A stretch of 64,000 nucleotides of DNA from Octopus sinensis (lineage: Eukaryota). How positions within the stretch are numbered: position 1 is the first letter of the stretch; every line of letters begins with the position of its first letter. The translations under genes were made by a program, and so were the position numbers. The DNA is taken from the NCBI RefSeq assembly GCF_006345805.1, contig NC_043000.1, positions 49,476,001 to 49,540,000 on the forward strand, given 5' to 3'. Below, in pieces: positions 39,800-52,335 of the stretch. The notes under the pieces were generated by a model. It was not told where the DNA came from. It did no database searches and saw only the letters and a program-made list of their open reading frames with translations.

Positions 39800-40240
39800 G
39801 ATTTTAAAAAATTATTTTAAATAGCATTTCTTAAAATAAGGTAAAGTGAAAAATATTTCAAGAAATAGCATGTTTTCAAATCTTAAAATATAAGATATGA
39901 ATGAAAAAATAGCATTTTACCAAAATATGTTAAAATATAAGATATAAATTAAAACAAAAAATTTGTGAAAATAAGTTCAAAAATATAAAATAAATTTTAA
40001 AAATAAGATTTTATCAAAATAAATCAAAACATAAAATAGAAAATAGAAAAATTACATCAAAATATTAAAATATAAAATACAAATTAAAAAACACTATTTT
40101 ATCAAAACAAGCTAAAATATAAAATATACATAAAATACATATAAAATGTATATAAAATACAAAACATAACTAATACTCTATCAAAATAAGTCAAAATAAA
40201 AATATAAGACAAAATAACAATTTTTCAAAATAAATTAGAT
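39800..40240. repeat. Degenerate A-rich minisatellite, period roughly 50 bp
   Basis: Recurring AAATAGCATTTTATCAAAATAAG.TAAAATATAA-like units with strong strand asymmetry. Confidence 0.6.
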
Positions 40241-40328
40241 GAATTCAAACTGCCATTTTTTCCACTCGTTTTATTACATTTTATAATATTTTATATTTTA
40301 TTCTGAAGAAATTTCTTCTTGTTCTTAG

Positions 40329-40395
40329 AATAAATCATTGGAGTGTAGATATGGCATCTAGTATTTTAGATCAACAAGTTACTATGGTTCAACAG
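40329..40395 (+). CDS. Candidate small internal exon (INHWSVDMASSILDQQVTMVQQ)
   Basis: TTTCTTCTTGTTCTTAG| acceptor and CAG|GTTTGG donor; 67 nt, phase 2-0, open; no homology recognised. Confidence 0.3.
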
Positions 40396-41154
40396 GTTTG
40401 GATTTGTGGAGGTATTTTTGTTTTGTTTTTGTTTTAACTTTTGATAGATTAGTTATGTTATATATTTTATTTATTTGTCTATTTTTTATTTAGCTTGAAT
40501 TTGAAAACCCTTCACAAATTATTGCTATGATTAATCATTGGTTCGAATAGATTTCTGACATTATAAATACTATGGTTCATAATAAAGTAAAAATAAGCTA
40601 TTTCTTTCTTATTTAAGAAAAATAGCACACCCTTGCTCACAAACAAAAAATCATAAAATGAATACAGAAGAATCAAATTTTTCAGCTGGAGTGTGGAACG
40701 TCTCTCTTTCATTCTTTCTTTCTCTGTCCCCTCCTTCTCTCTATCTCTCTGTCTTTGCCTGTCTGTTTCTCTCTCTCTCTCTCTCTCTGTATTTTCACTT
40801 TCTTAGAGAAGCTGATGTTATTCACATATCCTCCTCTTGAAGAAGCACACACATTATACACACTCATTCTTTTTACTCTTTATCTCTTTTTCAAACGTAC
40901 ACATATGCACACACATACACACATACATAAATATACACTCATATACATCCATTCTTTCTCTCAACTTATCTTCATTTGGTCAAGAAGAAATATCCCAATA
41001 AATATACATGCAAAACAAGCATGTGAATATATTGTGAAGTTAGATAGATTGATTGATAGATAGACAGATAGATAGATAGATGGATTGTGAATATATCATC
41101 ATCATCATCGTTTAACGTCCGTTTTCCATGCTAGCATGGGTTGGACGGGTATTT

Positions 41155-41169
<15 letters not shown>

Positions 41170-41189
<20 letters not shown>

Positions 41190-41481
41190 CATCATCATTT
41201 ATATTTATATATACCATATCACACACACACATGTATACGTACATGTACCATATCTCACACACAGTCACACATATATATATACATATATATACATATATAT
41301 ACATATGTGTATGTGTGTATGTATGTATCATGTACATCATATATATATCATCATCGTGTGTAATATAGTATATATAAATATAAATAATGATGATATATAT
41401 ATATATATATATCATCATCATCATTTATACTTATATATACCATATCACACACATACATATATACGTATATATACCATATCT

Positions 41482-41513
<32 letters not shown>

Positions 41514-41590
41514 CGTATACATACATATGTGTATGTGTGTATGTATGTATCATGTACATCATATATATATATGTATATATCATCATCAGC
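41170..41590. repeat. Tandem duplication of a ~220-bp low-complexity unit
   Basis: ATCATCATTTATA.TTATATATACCATATCACAC...GTATCATGTACATCATAT occurs twice. Confidence 0.75.
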
Positions 41591-42248
41591 CTCATTCTTT
41601 AATGTCCTCTTCCCCACATGTTTACATGCACATATATGTGTTTACATGCACACATACATCTTTCTAAGTATCAGTAAATATGAATAAACGCATACAAATA
41701 TCTACAAATATCTAAGAAGAGCTGTAAAAGATTTCTGTTTGATATGTACTGAATCTCATATTTATCACATGATAACACAGTTCATAAGTTTATAACTTAT
41801 ATTTCCTGACAGTGTGTGTCCAATAAAATGTTTGACACATCACACTTTTTATAGGTGCAGGTATGGTTGTGTAGTTAAGAAACATGTTTCACAACTATCA
41901 GATTCTAGGTTCAATTTCACTGCACAGGCTCTGGCCAAATATCTTCTACTATAGCCTTGAGTTTACCAATAATTTGTGAGCAGAATTTGATAAATAGAAA
42001 GAAAACAAAACTATAACAAATAACCCTCACTAATATCTTAGAAAGCAAGGAAGGCCTTCTGCATATTCTGGTCATACTATTATTCTGTTACTCTTCATCT
42101 CCACATTTGTTCTTCACTGCAAGTCATCCTCATTCTTCTATTTTTCCCCCAACACACACACACACAACACACACACACACACACACATGCACACACACAC
42201 ACACACGCACACACACACACACACCACACACACACACACACACACACG

Positions 42249-42285
<37 letters not shown>

Positions 42286-42432
42286 GGATATATATACGTA
42301 TGTACATATGAGTGCATATGTATCATTATATATATATACACATCCATATATATATGTGCATCCATATGTACATATACGTATATATATATATATATGTATA
42401 GATCCATATATATATATATATTATATATATAT

Positions 42433-42590
42433 ATACATATATATACATATATATACATATATATACATATATATACATATATATACATATATATACATAT
42501 ATATACATATATATACATATATATACATATATATACATATATATACATATATATACATATATATACATATATATACATATATATACATAT
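42433..42590. repeat. Perfect 10-bp tandem repeat (ATATACATAT)n
   Basis: About 15 consecutive identical decamers. Confidence 0.9.
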
Positions 42591-42987
42591 ATATATATAC
42601 ATAAATATATATATATATACATAGATACATACATACAGATGTAGTGTTCCATAACCAGTTCAGAACATTGATTCAGAGATCATAACATACCTCCTATGTA
42701 GCTATATTGTTAAACTAGTTGTAAGAAGATACATCAATATTATATTCACTGATGATTTTATAGTGCCACTAAGGGCATAACAAGATAACAAGGAAATCGA
42801 CAAAACATGGTAATAAATCAGATATAGCTTTTGTTTGTTGGTGGATGATGGTAAAAAGTTTCAATTTTTATTATTTCTATCATAAAGATGTATTTATTTG
42901 GGAGTAGAGTTGTTGGTTTGAATACAGCACCCTTTTAAGCTGTTAAAAAGCTTATCTATTTTTGTTTAGAAGCAAAGCTTTAAATAA

Positions 42988-43203
42988 ATGTGTCTCAACC
43001 ATTTCTTTTTTTGTCAATGGACCGTTTTGATTCTTATTTTATTTTGATGGCCCCTCAGTATTTAAAATGTTATTAGAAATTATATAAAAAAATTGTTAAA
43101 TTATTGTATTGTAGAAGTATAACTAATTTATTGCAGATAAATTTTAACAAAATCTTATATGGACCCCCCAAGGCCAAAATGGACCTTGGTTGAGAACCAT
43201 TGT
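42988..43203. mobile_element. hAT-type MITE relic
   Basis: Ends GTGTCTCAACC ... GGTTGAGAACCATTG resemble CAGTGGTTCTCAACC-type TIRs. Confidence 0.5.
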
Positions 43204-43499
43204 TTTAAATGATATATAGTTTATTTCTATCTTTGTTTTCCTTCTTTACTATTACTTAAGAAAATATGATTTTTCTCTTGACAAAAAGCCATTCAGAAGA
43301 AATTTTATTTTACAGGTATTCACAATTTTTTTAATCCTCAGCTTGAAATCCTGAAATATTCTTTAGTATTTCAATCTAGCAAATTAAAATAAATAAATAA
43401 ATAGATACATGAATAAATAAATAATAGTTGCTATGGATGGACAAATACATATTTCTTTGTATAATGAGGGATTTGACTCCCTAAACTGCAGTTGTAAGT

Positions 43500-44105
43500 A
43501 AATATAAATAAATGGTATACATGGGCATATATGCAAAGTTAGGTTTTTGAGGTCTGCTTCATAACTACATGGTTTCAGGGTTAGTCCCTTTGTGTGGCAC
43601 CTTTGGCAAGTGTCTTCCACTATAACCTCAAGTTGATTAAAGCCTTGTGAGTGAATTTGGGAGATGGAAACTGAAAGCAGTTCATTGTCAGTGACACATA
43701 AATGACACCCATGCCAGTGACACATTAAAGGTACCCATGCCAGTGAGACATAAACGGCATCTAGTACACTCTGAGGAGTGGTTGTTGTTTTGAAGGGCAT
43801 CCAGCCATAGAAATCAAGCCAGAACAGACTAGAGCTTAGTGCAGCCCTCTGGATCACCAGTTCCAGGTAAACCATTTAACACATGCCAGCATGGAAAATG
43901 GACACTAAATGATACTGATACATATACTGCTTGACAACCAGTATTGGTGTCTTTAAATCCCCATAACTTAGTGGATTGGCAAACGAGACTGATAGAATAA
44001 GTACCAAGTTTTAAAAAAATAAGCACTAGTGTTGATTCATTTGACTAAAATTCTTTAAGGCAGTGCCCCAGCATGGCTACAGTCTGGTGACTGAAACAAG
44101 TAAAA
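43500..44105. mobile_element. Cluster of fragments: family A head (-), family C 3' end (+), family A core/tail (+)
   Basis: Diagnostic motifs of each family in succession. Confidence 0.75.
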
Positions 44106-45997
44106 GATGAACGATAAGCTAACCAGAGATGGATTGTTTAGCATGGTAGAAATAATGGCTTAATCTCACTCAAACTACATCATACCATCTTAAAAAAAAA
44201 GACATTGGATAATATTACAGGACTATATTACTTAAAAACAAGTGTTGCTAATGGCTTGAATGGCTTTCATTAAATAGATATGCTAGATCAGAGAGAATTT
44301 GGGATACATCATCATCATCATCATCATCGTTTAGCGTCCGCTTTCCATGCTAGCATGGGTTGGACGGTTCAACTGGGGTCTGGGAAGCCAGAAGGCTGCA
44401 CCAGGCTCAATTTGGTAATATATTTCTGTTGAAAGACACTGCCTCTTTGTTTCAAGTAATTTTTTAAATAATAAAGAATTTAGTAAAATAACTTCGTCAT
44501 TGTTAAGCTTGTGTTTGAAACATAAATTGCTTTCAAATATTGATACAAGGCCAGCAGTTTTGAGGGAAGGAGATAAGTTGAATTCACTGACCCCAGTGTT
44601 TTACTGGTGCTTATTTTATCAACCCTGAAAGGATGAAAACAAAGTCAACGATGGCAGAACCAGAGCTTGAACTCAGGATGTAAAGATGGATGAAATGTTG
44701 CTGAGCATTTCACCTGGCATGCTAACCATTCTGCCACCTCACCATTTTGATTGGAACATAAACTATCATGAAATTTCGATGGAAGATATTAATTTGGATC
44801 ATTTTAAAACATGACATTTGTATGATAAAACCGGGGTCGGTCTTAGATGGAGTTTTATCAAAAAGGCTGATGCTTTAGCACCCAAATAGATCTGTCAAAT
44901 GTTATACTTATTTATTCACAATATTTTGAACTGATTGAGCATTTTCTCATGGCTTTATGATTTATTTTGATGATGCAATTGTTTATTTTTAGAATAACAT
45001 TGTGGAGTATGTGTGAGAGGTCGGATCTGGATGGTCTGGACATAAAACAGATGCAATATTTGGGCTGGTTTAAATGCACAATGTTTAAGCAACATCTGCA
45101 TCAATTTTACCCCTTTACTGGTATCATGTTCTAAAACATCAACAAAGAAATAAGGAAATATGAATTTGATTTCTAAATAGCAATCTGCTTTTATACAATT
45201 TTGGCTGTACACTGTATTCTTTAAATTGGGAAAATGCATTCTTCAATTAAACCTTTCTTGAAACTAACATGTATTTTTTTTTTCTAAATAAAAGAATCTA
45301 AATTAATATAAGAGTATTGCAAATCTAAAATGAGTTCTCTTGAGCTTTGCAGTAAAATATATTTTTTCTTTATTCTGTCATATTCAATGAGCTTCCTCAG
45401 ATGCAATCAGCAAATACTGGCACTCAGCTTTCTTTTATTTCTGTAAGTCTTTAGGCAACACATTTTATTATAAACTTTGGGATGCTTTTAAAAAGAAGCT
45501 TATAATTTAAGAAGCTTTTAATTTTACCTTTATTTATAGAATTATCTAGAATCTATTTAATTGGTGCATATTTTTTCTTCATTTACTTTTACTTTCCATG
45601 CTATTGAGATGAGAAAAGATTTTCTCTATTCAATGTTAAAATCTCAAAAAAAAAAAAAGACTCCCCCTCCCAAAACGATAATAAACACATATGCATCTTC
45701 AAGTATACACGCACGATGATGATATATATATATATAATAAATACACACACACATCTTTGATGACTGCCTTAATTTTTGTAAGTTTTTTTCTCCCTCATAG
45801 CAACTTGCACATTAGAAGTTTTGTATTCTGGGAAACGGTATTATTGCAGAAATACATTAAGAGAATGAATCAATCTCTACAAGAAGACATTATATATATT
45901 TATATGAAATACATAAATAAATAAATTTCTAAATTCCCTCATTTGACTTTGTGTTGGCTGAAAGTTATGTTTAATGTTTTCAATTGAATATTTTCAG

Positions 45998-46051
45998 GTT
46001 GATTCCAAGACTGAATAAGCCTCGCAAGTTATGGATGTCCCAAGACAGAAG
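45998..46051 (+). CDS. Candidate small internal exon (LIPRLNKPRKLWMSQDR)
   Basis: ATATTTTCAG| acceptor and AAG|GTAAAG donor; 54 nt, phase 2-2, open; a possible 37-nt upstream exon at 45801-45837; no homology recognised. Confidence 0.35.
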
Positions 46052-46245
46052 GTAAAGCTAACATATTAATATTTTATGACTAAGGAAATAGATGTGGATG
46101 GAGTAGAATCTCATGTACATTATGTATATATATATTATATATATATAGTATTATATCTGTGTATAAATGTATAACTACATTTATATATATGTGTGTGTAT
46201 ATATATACATATATATATATATTATATATATATATACATATATGT

Positions 46246-46305
<60 letters not shown>

Positions 46306-46402
46306 CATATATGTATATATATTATATATATATATATGTATATATATATGTGTGTGTATGTATATGTGTATATATGTATATATATATATATATATATATA
46401 CA

Positions 46403-46436
<34 letters not shown>

Positions 46437-47596
46437 CGTGTGTGTGTGTATATATATGTGTATATATATGTATATGTACATATGTATTTATATAGATGTG
46501 TGTATATATATGCATATGTACATATGTATATATATGTGTGTGTATGTATATGTGTATATATATGTGTGTGTACATATATATATATGTGTGTGTATATATA
46601 TGTATATATATATATAAATATATACATACATCTATTTATAAATACATGTTTGTTTGTATACGTATAAATTTATGGAAAATGTTTGTGTATGAATGTGTAT
46701 ATGTGTTATATATATATATATATGTATATAAATATAAATATATACACACACTTTTCATATTTAAAATGCCAACCAAGTCACATATCCATTTTTATTTATT
46801 TAATTTTTGGGGGTTTCCTCTCACTTGCATGGCAGAAGAAAGCAGCAGCTGGGCTGAGAGAGGTAGAACTGCGATAAAGAAAAATAGATTTGATAAATAA
46901 ATGGTTAGGTGAAAGATTGACAGATTGGAATGGAAGAAGAAAAAAGAAATAGTTAACTGTCATCTAACAATCAAGTGAGCAGAAAGAGAAATAAAGTATG
47001 GATTGGAAGTAAGTGAGAGATGGAAAAAGATTCCATGAGGAAGAGAAATAAGGTGAGAAGAGGAAAAACAGAGCTCTTCACAAGGGAGAGGAATTATGAT
47101 TATAAGGCATTGATATAACAGAAATTTGAATAATAGGGAGAGAGAGAGAGACAGAGGCAAAGATATTTGTATATGATATAGAAGTGGTGGAAGAGGCAGT
47201 ATGAAAGGAAGGGAAGAGATGGAGACAGATTTTGAATGTTGGAGAAAGCATGGCCATAGTCCAATGACTGAAATGAGTGAGTGGTGAAAGCAAAAGATAT
47301 GTACGTATGTATATATTTTTATATATATATATATATATGTGTGTGCGTGCGTGTGTATAGAGAGAAGGAGAGAGAGAAAGAGGAAAGCTAATGAAGAATG
47401 TGAGGTAGCGCAGGAGTGGCTGTGTGGTAAGTAGCTTGTTTACCAACCACATAGTTCCGGGTTCAGTCCCACTGCGTGGCACCTTGGGCAAGTGTCTTCT
47501 ACTATAGCCTCGGGCAGACCAAAGCCTTGAGAGTGGATTTGGTAGACGGAGACTCAAAGAAGCCCATCGTATATATGTATGTATATATATATATAT

Positions 47597-47943
47597 ATCG
47601 TGATGCACATATGCCATTTGAATATGGCTAACCCATAAGGGTGGATGCTACTGTAGTTTGTAGCCCCAGGAAGATACCTCCTCCAGCTGGCCATAGACAC
47701 ACTATCTGTGTCCTGTCAGTATTTGTGAAGGGGAGTCATCCTACCCGTCTTCAACACATGATACACACGTACCCGAGTTTCAAGGTGTTTACCTTTCATC
47801 AGCGTGTGACAATCATGGTTGTCGACGAGAAGTCAGATCCCTTCACAAATACATATACTTTTTATGGGTTAGCCATATTCAAATGGCATATGTGCATCAC
47901 GATGTGTTACCGCTACTGTTTATAACTCGCTCTGAGATTTATC

Positions 47944-47946
<3 letters not shown>
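47597..47946. mobile_element. Fold-back element: perfect 42-bp inverted termini, inner 14-bp inverted repeat, central hammerhead, ~43-bp unpaired tail
   Basis: 47597-47638 equals the reverse complement of 47862-47903 (42/42); 47719-47732 equals the reverse complement of 47839-47852. Confidence 0.9.
47764..47808 (-). ncRNA. Minimal type-I hammerhead ribozyme
   Basis: CACACG CUGAUGA AAGGU-AAAC-ACCUU GAA ACUCGGGU A^CGUGUG: complete core, helix I 6 bp extended by CAUGAU/AUCAUG across an internal loop, helix II 5 bp, short near-palindromic helix III. Confidence 0.88.
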
Positions 47947-47977
<31 letters not shown>

Positions 47978-48455
47978 TGTGTGTGTTTGTGTGTCTGTGT
48001 TTGTCCCCCAAGCATTGCTTGACAACCGATGCTGGTGTCTTTATGTCCCCGTTACTTAGCGGTTCTGCAAAAGAGACTGATAGAATAAGTACTGGGCTTA
48101 CAAAGAATAAGTCCTGAGGTGAAGTTGATCGATTAAAGGTGGTGCTCCAGCATGGCCGCAGTCAAATGACTGTGTCAAGTAAAAGAAAAAAGAGAAAATA
48201 GAGAGTGGCACTAATTACTGAGTGTGTAGGAAAGTATGATGCATCTAATGGTAAAAGGACAAAATGAAATAGAAAAACCGACAAAAGAGCTGTAAAGAAA
48301 TTTTATGAATTGCTGAAAGGAGGCTGAAAAAGCAGCATCATTTTTAACTGGTAGAATGCTAGTATATATATATATATATATATAATATATATATATATAC
48401 ATCTATCTGTTTGTGTGAGTGTATGTATATACAATTCTCATAGACACATATGTAG

Positions 48456-48493
<38 letters not shown>

Positions 48494-48686
48494 TACATCT
48501 ATATATACATATGCATATATACGTATATATGTATGCATATATACACACATATATATGAATGGATATATATATATATATTTATTTATATATATACACATAT
48601 ACATACTTATATGTATATATACACACACACATATACATACTTATATAAATATATTTCCATATATACTGTATGAGTTTTTAAAATAT

Positions 48687-48733
<47 letters not shown>

Positions 48734-48923
48734 ATATGTTTAAAGGCAAAAGTGGTGAAAGACATCACGTAATATTTTGTGTTTCAGGTACCTTGTTTCA
48801 ATTGATTTACTATAAATATATTTTGTTTAAATAGGCAACATTCGTTTGAAGAAATAGTGATCTGATTTTTGCCGAAGCCAAATCTCAAAACTTTCTCTGG
48901 GTGACACAAGTGATGGTTTACTT

Positions 48924-48987
48924 ATATTAATTCGATGAGGGTTGTTAAACACAATCCTTCAAATCTAGAGACATTGGAAATTAATAT
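48924..48987 (+). ncRNA. Possible heavily decayed hammerhead relic
   Basis: atattaatt CGATGA gggttgt-taaac-acaatcc ttCAAA tctagagac ... aattaatat: 7-bp helix II and 9-bp flanking helix, but the core is corrupted. Confidence 0.25.
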
Positions 48988-49202
48988 CTTCTAATATATA
49001 TGTATATGGTCTGGTGACTTTTGTGCGGAATCTTCTTTCTAACTTATTCTTTACACCTCATATATATTTATACAGATATACACAAACACTTGAACGTAAA
49101 AATAAAGGCAAGTTTATATGTGTCTCTGTTTGGCTGTGTATATGTGTGTGTGTGTGTATATGTGTATGTGTATATATATATATATGTATATATATATACA
49201 TG

Positions 49203-49264
<62 letters not shown>

Positions 49265-49322
49265 TGTATAACAAAGTGGAGTTGTAGTGTACCGCACGAG
49301 TGGAATTATATACCAAAGAAGA

Positions 49323-49455
49323 TTTGAAATTGCAATTTTAAAAGGTATTTATTTACTTGACCGGTTTCACTCTTTGGAAAAAAATTGTCACAATCTTTTT
49401 CCAAAGAGTGAAGCCGGTAAAATAAATAAACATCTTTTAAAATTGCGTTTTCAAA
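49323..49455. repeat. ~133-bp near-perfect hairpin between (TA)n tracts
   Basis: Arms of ~60 bp around ATTGTCACAAT; arms contain GAAACCGGTC (-) and GAAGCCGGTA (+). Confidence 0.85.
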
Positions 49456-49574
49456 CCTTGTTTCATATATATATATGTATATATATTTCATTTCATCCAG
49501 TTTCAGCTCACGAGCTGTGGCCATGCTGGGGCACCGCCACACATACATACACATATATATACATATATGCACAC

Positions 49575-49858
49575 TCACACATGGTTCCGGGTTTAATCCC
49601 ATTGTGTGGGACCTTGGGCAAGTGTCTTCTTCTCTAGCCTTCTAAAACCTTGTGAGTGGATTTGGTAGACAGAAGCTGAAAGAAGCCCGTCGTATATATA
49701 TATATATATGACGTATGCATATGTTTGTGTGGCTGTGTTGTCCCCCAAACATCGCTTGACAACTGATGCTGGTGTGTTTACATCCCTGTTACTTAGCGGT
49801 TTGGCAAGAGAGACTGATAGAATAAGCACTAGGCTTACAAAGAATAAGTCCTGGGGTT
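49575..49858 (+). mobile_element. SINE family A, truncated at the RTE junction
   Basis: Head-to-core motifs ending at GAATAAGTCCTGGGG. Confidence 0.85.
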
Positions 49859-49861
49859 ATG

Positions 49862-51500
49862 TGGCACTGGCATTGGCCACAGTTACCATCTCACTTGGCT
49901 TGCCTGGTGTTCCCAAGTACAGCATATCTCCAAAAGACTCACTGTGGTGTAGCATGGCTGTTCACACACATGCATCATACAGTCTACCTTTCACTCTGAT
50001 TAAGAGGCCCTATGTTACCAGCAGAGGTAGAGCTCTCTGAACTATGCGCAGGCTATTCTTATTCTAGCAGCTACACTCTCAGAGCATCCACCCCCACAAC
50101 TGACTTGGTCACCCAGGAAATAGAAGCTATCAACTACTTCTAGTTTCTACCCTTGGCATGTGATGGAATCTGTTTTCTGTATATCTTCAGTGTTTATTGC
50201 CCCTGTGCATCTCACACACAAAAATTATCTTCCCAGTTAACCTTCCTCTGATGCTGCTGTACCTCTTATGTGTCCATAGCTTACACCGGGTACATTTTAT
50301 GGAGTTTTCTACCTATACCTTTTCTACAGAACAAGCAGGGCCATCTATCTGGAGGGATTTGTGATTTGTCTGCCTTCTTACTTACTAAGACCTTGGTTTT
50401 TGCTAGATTGACTCTAAGGCCCTTTGATTCTAGACCTTGCTTCCACACCTGAAACTTCTTCTCTAGTTCTGATAGTGACACAGCTATTAGAGCAAGGTCA
50501 GTAGCATAGATGCTCACAGGGGCATCCTGTCTTGGATTCCTCTGAAATTGCCTGGAGGACTATAATGAATAAGAGGAGACTGAGGACTGATCCTTGGTGA
50601 ACCCCTACTACTACTCAGATTTCTTCACTATACTCATTGCCAACCCTCACCTTACTGGCAGCATCCATGTACATGGCTTGTACGGCTCTCACCAGCCACT
50701 CATCTATCCATAGTTTCTGCATTGACCACCAGATAAGGGATCAGCAGATCCAGTCAAAGGCTTTCTCCATGTCAACAAAAGCCAAGTACAGAGTTTTATC
50801 TTTGGTTAGGAATTTCTCTTGCAGCTGTCTTTCCAGAAACATATCATTAGTGGTGCTTCTCCTTGTTACAAACCCAAACTGCATCTCGTGTAGACTAACT
50901 CCCTCTCTAATTAGTTGGTCTATGACCCTCTCCGTAACTTTCATCACCTGATCCAACAATTTGATACCTCTGTAATTATTCGTATCTAATGTATCACCTT
51001 TACCATTGCAGCAGTTGATCATGGTGCTGTTACATCAGTCACTGGGTATGACACATTCATGTATCACCTGGTTGATTATATGGGTGACTAGACTGTAGCT
51101 TACACCACCAGATATTTTAAGCATCTCAGCAGTGATTCCTGATGGGCCAGGGGCTTTCCCTGTCTTTATACCCTTAATTGCTTTATCTACCAAGGTACTG
51201 TCAATTCATCTAGCTAGTCCCTCAGTTGCATCAACATTTGACAGACCCTCTTTCTCCCATTCATTCTCTTCATTCAGTAACCTTTCATTGTGGCATCCCT
51301 AAGTCTCTCTCTTTGCAGTATCATCAAATGCAAGTGAGCCATCATCCATGCTGACACATTTCTCTCTTATGACATCACGATTCTCTCTCACATGCTGTTT
51401 TGCAATCTGAAACACTTCAAATCACTGGTCCTCACATCGCAGAATGTTGGCATCCCCTCTGTCTAAGTAAACCTGTCTCCTGGCCTCCCTTCTGGCGATC
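49862..51500 (-). mobile_element. Decayed RTE-clade LINE (RT domain plus start of 3' UTR)
   Basis: ORFs 50741..51022 (NNYRGIKLLDQVMKV...QFGF...LAFVDMEKAFD) and 50281..50517 (IYATDLALIA...GLRVNLAKTK); upstream KAPGPSGITAEMLK. Confidence 0.92.
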
Positions 51501-51740
51501 TGATGGATGGATGGATGGAATGATGGATGGATGGAATGATGGATGGATGGATAGGCAAATAAACAGACAGACAGACAGTCAGGTAGGTAGACAATCAAGT
51601 AGATAGACAGGTAGATAGATTGACAGGTAGATAGCTAGCTAGATAGATGGACAGGTAGATAGATAGATAGATAGGACAGATGGATGGATGAATTGCGTAG
51701 AGAGACAGATGGGTAGATAAATGGACAGATAGATAGATTT
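51500..51740. repeat. (GATG)n/(GATA)n/(GACA)n compound tetranucleotide repeat
   Basis: Directly visible. Confidence 0.9.
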
Positions 51741-52124
51741 GTGTGTGTGTGTGTGCATGCACATGTCTGTGAGTGTTTATGTAGATATATATGTTTATAT
51801 ATCATCAGTCTACTATTAATGACAGGATTCCATTTTTAGAATCTAAACAATAAGTAATTACTTATTCTCTTTAATTCTATATTGATTTTGTATGTATGTA
51901 CATATAACACCTCATGCTGAACCAATAAGAAAGCCTTTTCCGAGACACTTGGTCTGCTAGAAATAATGACCAAATTCCCTTAAATACATTATGTATTTTA
52001 ATAAAAACCTCGGCATAATGAACAATATAGTATATTACATAGAAAATACAAGGTGGCCACAATCGGAATGTCTTTGCTTACAGGTCTACAGGATCAAACC
52101 TGTCCTAGAGCTAAATAATGGTTT

Positions 52125-52335
52125 CAAATTTTGGCACAAAGCCAGCAATTTCAGGGAATGAGTTAAATTGATTGCATTGACTCCAGTGTTCAACTGCTAC
52201 TTATTTTATCAACCCTGAAAGGATGAATGATAAAGTAACTCTCAGTGGAATTTGAACTCAGAACACGAAGACAGATGAAATGCCACTAGGCATTATGCCC
52301 AGCATGCTAATGATTCTGCCAGCTTGCCACTTTTA
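52125..52335 (-). mobile_element. SINE family B
   Basis: GGCACAAAGCCAGCAATTT...GGATGAA...TTTGAACTCAGAAC...TTCTGCCAGCTTGCCAC. Confidence 0.8.

Larger units (their letters stand above)
47405..48195 (+). mobile_element. SINE family A split by a hammerhead-containing fold-back inserted in its internal (TA)n
   Basis: Head half 47405-47590 and core/tail half 47947-48195. Confidence 0.88.

Noticed and set aside
42095-42652. Long overlapping ORFs rich in Y/I/H/T/V/C here and at 10.3, 20.3, 26.2, 41.1, 46.1, 48.4 and 61.2 kb
   Set aside because: They are translations of (TA)n, (CA)n and (TAA)n microsatellites that lack stops in some frames; not genes
42747-42810. CTGATGA ... GAAATCGA on the plus strand
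   Set aside because: Helix II is irregular, there is no UH cleavage triplet and no helix I
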